Assembly: GCA_016868785.1 (NCBI GenBank)
Contig: VGFS01000001.1
Coordinates: 20,631 to 84,630, forward strand
Reading direction: 5' to 3'
DNA: 64,000 nucleotides
Origin: Bacteroidota bacterium
GTDB taxonomy: Bacteria; Bacteroidota; Bacteroidia; NS11-12g; UBA955
The notes under the pieces are model-generated. The model made no database searches, was not told where the DNA came from, and saw only the letters and a list, made by a program, of their open reading frames with translations. Every line of letters starts with the position of its first letter. Positions within the stretch are counted from its first letter, which is position 1. Both the position numbers and the translations under genes were made by a program. This document shows positions 59,049 to 64,000 of this stretch, one piece after another.

Positions 59049-60248
59049 ATGATACCATTAAGCAATCGCGTAGACGACATTGTAGAGAGTCAAACCTTGG
59101 CCATGACCAAACGTTCACGGGAGTTAAAATCCACCGGCGTTGATGTAATCAATTTGAGTATTGGTGAGCCAGATTTCGACACCCCTGCCCACATTTGCGC
59201 GGCAGCCTCGGCGGCAATGGCAAAAGGATACACGCACTATCCCCCGGTGGCCGGGTTGCCAGAAATGCGCACAGCGATTGCCAACAAATTGCAGCAAGAA
59301 AATGGATTGTCATACAAAGCCGAAAATATCATTGTCAGCAACGGCGCCAAACACTCTTTGTTGAATGCAATTTTGGCTTTGGTAAATCCCGGCGACGAAG
59401 TACTCATACCGGCCCCTTTTTGGGTGAGTTACCCTTCAATGATCCAATATGCGGGGGGTATCCCGGTGAGCATCCCCACATCGGTCGAAGAAGATTTCAA
59501 GGTAAGTGCGGTCAAATTGGAAGCGGCCATCACACCCAAAACCAAATTGTTGTTGTTCTCATCACCCTGTAATCCCAGCGGTAGCGTAATGAGCAAAGAT
59601 GAACTCAAAGCTTGGCGGGATGTGTTGGTGAAATACCCCAATATTTTCATTTTATCGGATGAGATTTATGAAAAAATCAACTATGCGGGCAGTCACAATA
59701 GTTTGGCGGAATATATCGAACTGCAAGACCGCATTGCCGTAATCAATGGACTATCAAAAGGTTACGCCATGACGGGCTGGCGAATGGGTTACTTGGCAGG
59801 TCCAACGGCCCTGGTAAGTGCCTGTGATAAAATTCAAGGGCTGATGACCAGCGGCGCGAGTTCTGTTTCTCAGATGGCCAGTGTTGAGGCGCTGGAAGGA
59901 CCTCAAGACAGCGTTGCGCAAATGAAAGCTGTGTTTGAAAAGCGCAGAAATGCATTTCATGCTGCTTTGTCTGAAATCCCCAACTTGCCCTGCAATTTGC
60001 CCGATGGGGCCTTTTATCTGTTCCCTGATGTAAGTTATTACTTGGGTAAGAGCACGCCAGACGGACAGTTAATCAGTACAGCGGATGATTTGTGTTTGTA
60101 CCTACTCGATAAAGGGCATGTTTCCGCGGTTTCAGGTGAAGCCTTTGGACACCCCAGTTGCATTCGATTTAGTTATGCGGCGTCGGAAGAACAGTTGATG
60201 AAAGCCGGCCATAGAATTGCTGAGGCATTGAGAAATCTCAAGGATTGA
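59049..60248 (+). CDS. Class I PLP-dependent (aspartate-type) aminotransferase
   Basis: GEPDF, SPCNPSG, SDEIY and SKGYAMTGWRMG motifs; ATG 59049. Confidence 0.92.
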   Translation: MIPLSNRVDDIVESQTLAMTKRSRELKSTGVDVINLSIGEPDFDTPAHICAAASAAMAKGYTHYPPVAGLPEMRTAIANKLQQENGLSYKAENIIVSNGAKHSLLNAILALVNPGDEVLIPAPFWVSYPSMIQYAGGIPVSIPTSVEEDFKVSAVKLEAAITPKTKLLLFSSPCNPSGSVMSKDELKAWRDVLVKYPNIFILSDEIYEKINYAGSHNSLAEYIELQDRIAVINGLSKGYAMTGWRMGYLAGPTALVSACDKIQGLMTSGASSVSQMASVEALEGPQDSVAQMKAVFEKRRNAFHAALSEIPNLPCNLPDGAFYLFPDVSYYLGKSTPDGQLISTADDLCLYLLDKGHVSAVSGEAFGHPSCIRFSYAASEEQLMKAGHRIAEALRNLKD

Positions 60249-60265
60249 GTCGTATTTTTGTGGCG

Positions 60266-61249
60266 ATGAACCAGATACAAACACTGTTTAGCACATTTTC
60301 TAAGAAGCGCGTATTGATCGTGGGTGATATAATGATTGATAGTTACATCATTGGAAAGGTTGAGCGCGTATCTCCCGAAGCCCCTGTGCCAGTGGTTGAT
60401 GTTGTCCGGTTTGATCAGCGCTTGGGTGGCGCGGGCAATGTTGCATTGAACGTAAAAGCTATGGGCGCGACACCCATTTTGTGTACGGTTGTTGGTCAAG
60501 ATCAAGAAGGAAAAGACCTGCGCGAAATCATGGTCAAAAATGGACTTTCTTGTAGTGGGTTGATTCACTCCGACAAAAGAAAAACCACCCACAAAACCCG
60601 TGTTTTGGGCAACAACCATCAATTATTGCGCATCGACCATGAAATCACGACCGATTTAGATGTGGTTGATTCGTTTTTACTTGAACAGCGTTTTGTAGAG
60701 GAATTGGAAAACTGTGATGTTGTGATCTTTGAAGATTATAACAAAGGGGTTTTGCACAACAAGAACATCCAAACCCTGATTAAAATATGCATTCAAAAGG
60801 GCATACCTACCGTGGTTGACCCGAAGAAGGCAAATTTCTTGGAATACAAACAGGTTACATTGTTCAAGCCCAATTTGAAGGAAATTAAAGAGGGTTTGAA
60901 GATCGACAGCGATATGGGTGACAGAGAATCGGTGAATGACGCCATTGAGCAGTTAATGAAAGTGCTAAACAATGAGTTGACCTTGGTGACATTGTCGGAG
61001 CGAGGCGTGGTAATTAAAACCACTGAGAACACGCATCACATTCCTGCCCATCTGCGCACCATTGCCGATGTAAGTGGCGCTGGTGATACGGTTGTTTCTC
61101 TGGCTGCCTTGTGTTTGAGTGCAAAAACCGACGCCAGAACTTTGGCTGAGATTAGCAATTTGGCGGGTGGTCTTGTCTGTGAAAAGACTGGTGTGGTTCC
61201 GGTGGATAAGGAACAATTGTTGGCGGAGGCCATTCGTGTACTGGGATAA
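60266..61249 (+). CDS. rfaE1: D-glycero-D-manno-heptose-7-phosphate kinase (RfaE/HldE domain I, PfkB family)
   Basis: RVSPEAPVPVV, GGAGNVA, DYNKG and DVSGAGDTV motifs; ATG 60266. Confidence 0.88.
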   Translation: MNQIQTLFSTFSKKRVLIVGDIMIDSYIIGKVERVSPEAPVPVVDVVRFDQRLGGAGNVALNVKAMGATPILCTVVGQDQEGKDLREIMVKNGLSCSGLIHSDKRKTTHKTRVLGNNHQLLRIDHEITTDLDVVDSFLLEQRFVEELENCDVVIFEDYNKGVLHNKNIQTLIKICIQKGIPTVVDPKKANFLEYKQVTLFKPNLKEIKEGLKIDSDMGDRESVNDAIEQLMKVLNNELTLVTLSERGVVIKTTENTHHIPAHLRTIADVSGAGDTVVSLAALCLSAKTDARTLAEISNLAGGLVCEKTGVVPVDKEQLLAEAIRVLG

Positions 61250-61268
61250 TTTTTTTTTGTTTATCGCA

Positions 61269-61299
61269 TAAAAAAGGCCGTCATAGACGGCCTTTTTTA
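61269..61299. terminator. Bidirectional terminator between convergent genes
   Basis: TAAAAAAGGCCGTC-ata-GACGGCCTTTTTTA. Confidence 0.88.
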
Positions 61300-61318
61300 T
61301 TTGAATCTAGTTTATTGA

Positions 61319-64000
61319 TTATCGCAACAAGGTCAGTGTACCGTCGTATTTGTATAACTTGTCTTCGAAAGAGGTAACTTCTACGTGATAAACATAAATG
61401 CCCTGCATACATTCTGCGCCGTTAGCTCGTCCATCCCAACCTTTGGTTAAGTCATTGGTTTCATACAACTTCTCACCCCAACGGTTATAGATCGACATTT
61501 GGAATGTTTTGTAGTTCAAAGCGGCCACGTTGAATGTGTTGTTTCTGTTCGGACCCGCATCGTCTGGAGTGAAGACATCAGGGATAAACACGATGATGTC
61601 CGGACCAATGTGTACAGTTTTATAAGCGGTATCCTTACAGCCTTTATCGGTGGTTACGATCAACGTAATCTTGTATGTAGCCGTATCTTTTCCGTATGAG
61701 TATTGGGTATTTTTCGCCGTAGATGTATCATCCAACAAGCTTGGTACACCAAAATCCCACAGGTAACGCATGGTTGGGTTAAACGGCGATGCGGTTACGG
61801 TTGATTGGTTGAACATTCTGAACTTTGGCAAGGCCACAGTGGTCTTGGTAGGGTCTGTGTAGAACGACGCTACCGGTATGGGGTATGCCTCTACCGTGGT
61901 TACCGATGTATCCTTGCAGTTTCCAGCTATGTTGTTGGCCACCACACTCACGTTGTATCTGCCCTGTGTTGGGTAGATCACATTCGCAGGGTTCTGCAAA
62001 AGTGAGGTATCTCCGTTACCAAAATCCCAACGGTATGCCATCTGGTTGGATGGGATTCCGCGACCATCATTTACCGTCCATGTTGTGGTCAAAGGAACAC
62101 AACCGGTCTGCATGGTAATGGGCGACAAATCAGGATATTGGTGCAAGATGATTTCGATGCTGTCGCTGGCTTGAGGACATACATCGTTGGCAATGGCCGT
62201 GGTGGTCACTTTCAAGGAAGCCCCTTTGTCTACTTTGTCTTGCGCGCCGTGCACGTACAAAATATTCTCAGATGTGCTTCCATTGGCGAACGTTCCATCG
62301 CTCATGGTGCCGCTGGCATGCTTTTGTAATACCCATTGTACTTTGGCATCGCTGTATTTGCTCGTACTTTGGATTGCAAACGGACTGCCCTCACAGGCGC
62401 TGGCCGGTTTCGGAGTGGTGATATTGATTGTGGGTTGATTCCGCACAAACAAATTATATACCTCCGTATCGGAACATCCATTGTTGTCGGTGTAGGTAAA
62501 GCGGAAGCTATGAGGTCCTTCAATGTTCGCCGTACTACCTTGACTGAATGGCTTGAAGGTTGATGCACCCGTTACGGTAACACCCGCGCTGGTTCCTGTC
62601 CATACCCCAATGGCAGATGCTGGTTTGGTTTGCGCTGTGTTGATGCGGGTATTCAAATCCAAGGGACTGCCGCTCACACACAAGGTGGTGGGGCCCAACA
62701 ACACCGCATTGGGGGTGTCATTCACATAGATGTAGAAACTATCTTGCTTCAAACAGCCGGTTGCGGCATTGCTGTAGCGAATCATCCAAGTTCCTGTTCC
62801 GAATGAGGGCAAGAATCTGTGGCCCAACAGCAACTTGGTGTTTTTCACTTTAGGATCGTTGCGGTCGTAGTTATACTCCGTGATTTCAAACACTGAACCA
62901 TCCTTATCCTTGGCCTGCATCCCATTCACTTTGATGAAGTCGTACAGTTCCATGGTATCCCAGTTCACACACACCGGGTTGGGACTGGTTACTTTCACCG
63001 TAGGTTCGGGGATGATCTTGATGTTTACTGTATCGCAGGTTAAACAACCGGTCAACTGATCTTCCACACACAATTGGAATTTGTAATCGCCTTGGTAATT
63101 GTCTTGGGTAGGATCTCCAAACTTAAACACCCAACTTGGGGTTCCGAAAGGATTCTCGTTCACCAAAATGGTCGCGGGGTCTATACCTCCTGGGGTGCTC
63201 TTCACCGTCCAATCCACTTTGATACCGATTTTTACTTTCGGACGGAAGGTAATTTGGTCCATGTTGATTTGACCCAAATCCTGACAGAAAGAACTGTCGT
63301 GAATGTCTACCATCGGGTTACCGTTGATACGCTGAATCACACTATCCACGTTCACACAACCGTTGGTGTCTGTGTATTGGGCATATACCTTCGCTTGGAA
63401 ACTGTTACCATTTTGCAATTGGGCGTTATTCAAGAAAGTGGTTTTGAACAAATGACGACCTACGGTTAATGAGTCGATGAAGTTTCTGGCGAAGCCAGGG
63501 CCCGGACTGGTTGAAGTAGTGGGCTTTGTATTTACGTTGTTGGGGGCTTTGTTTTCAAAGGCCCACATGCGGGTGTTCACACTCTTACCTTGGTTGAAGA
63601 AGGGGTTCACTTCAATGTCACCATATACAAAGCACTGGGCCTTCAAGGGTTTTGGATCCCACTTCACATAAGGCAATGTGTTTACCTTAATCATCATGGT
63701 GTCTAGGTCCTCACACTGGTGACCGCTTTGAGTCACTTTGGTATACAACTCATAGTAGAATAATTGTGCCGCTCCACCCGGCGTATTGGTATTGTTCGGC
63801 TTAACCGTATACTTTATGTTATTGCCCAGTGATTTGCTACCCGTAATGTCTTTCCAAGTGTAGTTGCCTGTTTCCAAGAAGGGTCTGTGACTCGCTGCAA
63901 TTTCAGTACTCTTTTGGTTACAAATGGTTTGATCGTTACCCGCTAAGCTCACTACTGTATCGTTTACAAATACTATAGCCGTATCGCGCTGAGTACATTT
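61319..64000 (-). CDS. Large PKD-domain surface protein with T9SS type B (gliding-motility-associated) CTD, 5' truncated
   Basis: Frame is open to base 64000; YRWDFGNG and YLWDFG PKD motifs; FIPDVFTPD..IYNRWGE..GWDG..GTLTLLR. Confidence 0.88.
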   Translation of the reverse strand, partial: KCTQRDTAIVFVNDTVVSLAGNDQTICNQKSTEIAASHRPFLETGNYTWKDITGSKSLGNNIKYTVKPNNTNTPGGAAQLFYYELYTKVTQSGHQCEDLDTMMIKVNTLPYVKWDPKPLKAQCFVYGDIEVNPFFNQGKSVNTRMWAFENKAPNNVNTKPTTSTSPGPGFARNFIDSLTVGRHLFKTTFLNNAQLQNGNSFQAKVYAQYTDTNGCVNVDSVIQRINGNPMVDIHDSSFCQDLGQINMDQITFRPKVKIGIKVDWTVKSTPGGIDPATILVNENPFGTPSWVFKFGDPTQDNYQGDYKFQLCVEDQLTGCLTCDTVNIKIIPEPTVKVTSPNPVCVNWDTMELYDFIKVNGMQAKDKDGSVFEITEYNYDRNDPKVKNTKLLLGHRFLPSFGTGTWMIRYSNAATGCLKQDSFYIYVNDTPNAVLLGPTTLCVSGSPLDLNTRINTAQTKPASAIGVWTGTSAGVTVTGASTFKPFSQGSTANIEGPHSFRFTYTDNNGCSDTEVYNLFVRNQPTINITTPKPASACEGSPFAIQSTSKYSDAKVQWVLQKHASGTMSDGTFANGSTSENILYVHGAQDKVDKGASLKVTTTAIANDVCPQASDSIEIILHQYPDLSPITMQTGCVPLTTTWTVNDGRGIPSNQMAYRWDFGNGDTSLLQNPANVIYPTQGRYNVSVVANNIAGNCKDTSVTTVEAYPIPVASFYTDPTKTTVALPKFRMFNQSTVTASPFNPTMRYLWDFGVPSLLDDTSTAKNTQYSYGKDTATYKITLIVTTDKGCKDTAYKTVHIGPDIIVFIPDVFTPDDAGPNRNNTFNVAALNYKTFQMSIYNRWGEKLYETNDLTKGWDGRANGAECMQGIYVYHVEVTSFEDKLYKYDGTLTLLR

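Noticed and set aside
1..64000. CRISPR array, IS element, prophage, retron or defence system
   Set aside because: No spaced repeats, transposase, integrase, reverse transcriptase or nuclease motifs seen; intergenic gaps are all under about 300 bp.

Overview
A 64 kb core-genome segment of a Bacteroidota (Bacteroidetes) bacterium, judged from TAnnTTTG -7 promoters, T9SS C-terminal domains, alternative complex III and few Shine-Dalgarno sites. In order: partial OMP barrel; mreBCD-mrdA-rodA; an FG-GAP/VCBS-ASPIC lipoprotein; a 51-aa basic protein missed by the ORF track, with its own promoter and terminator; a vanadium haloperoxidase-type protein; valS; actABCDEF; SLT and TPR genes; yhhQ; a His-rich membrane protein; rpsA; GT-C/TPR, lipid A acyltransferase, M42 peptidase and desaturase genes; tRNA-Val(TAC); YfhO-like, nitroreductase and ArsR genes; serC-serA-DUF1015; OmpA-nuoIJKLMN; a T9SS cargo; a membrane pyrophosphatase; a VPS10/BNR protein; GT4, aminotransferase and rfaE genes; a partial PKD/type B CTD protein. 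I saw no mobile element, CRISPR array or defence island, and cannot claim a new multi-gene system. The most interesting signals are small: about 11 genes whose start codon lies 4-7 nt after the -7 element (apparently leaderless), a strong SD with a TTG start on rpsA, an HhH tail on bS1, an ArsR ending in the clamp-binding motif QLSLF, the orphan basic small protein, a 15-Cys tail on the pyrophosphatase, and a split nuo operon headed by an OmpA-domain gene. All family calls come from motif recognition by eye, with no database search.
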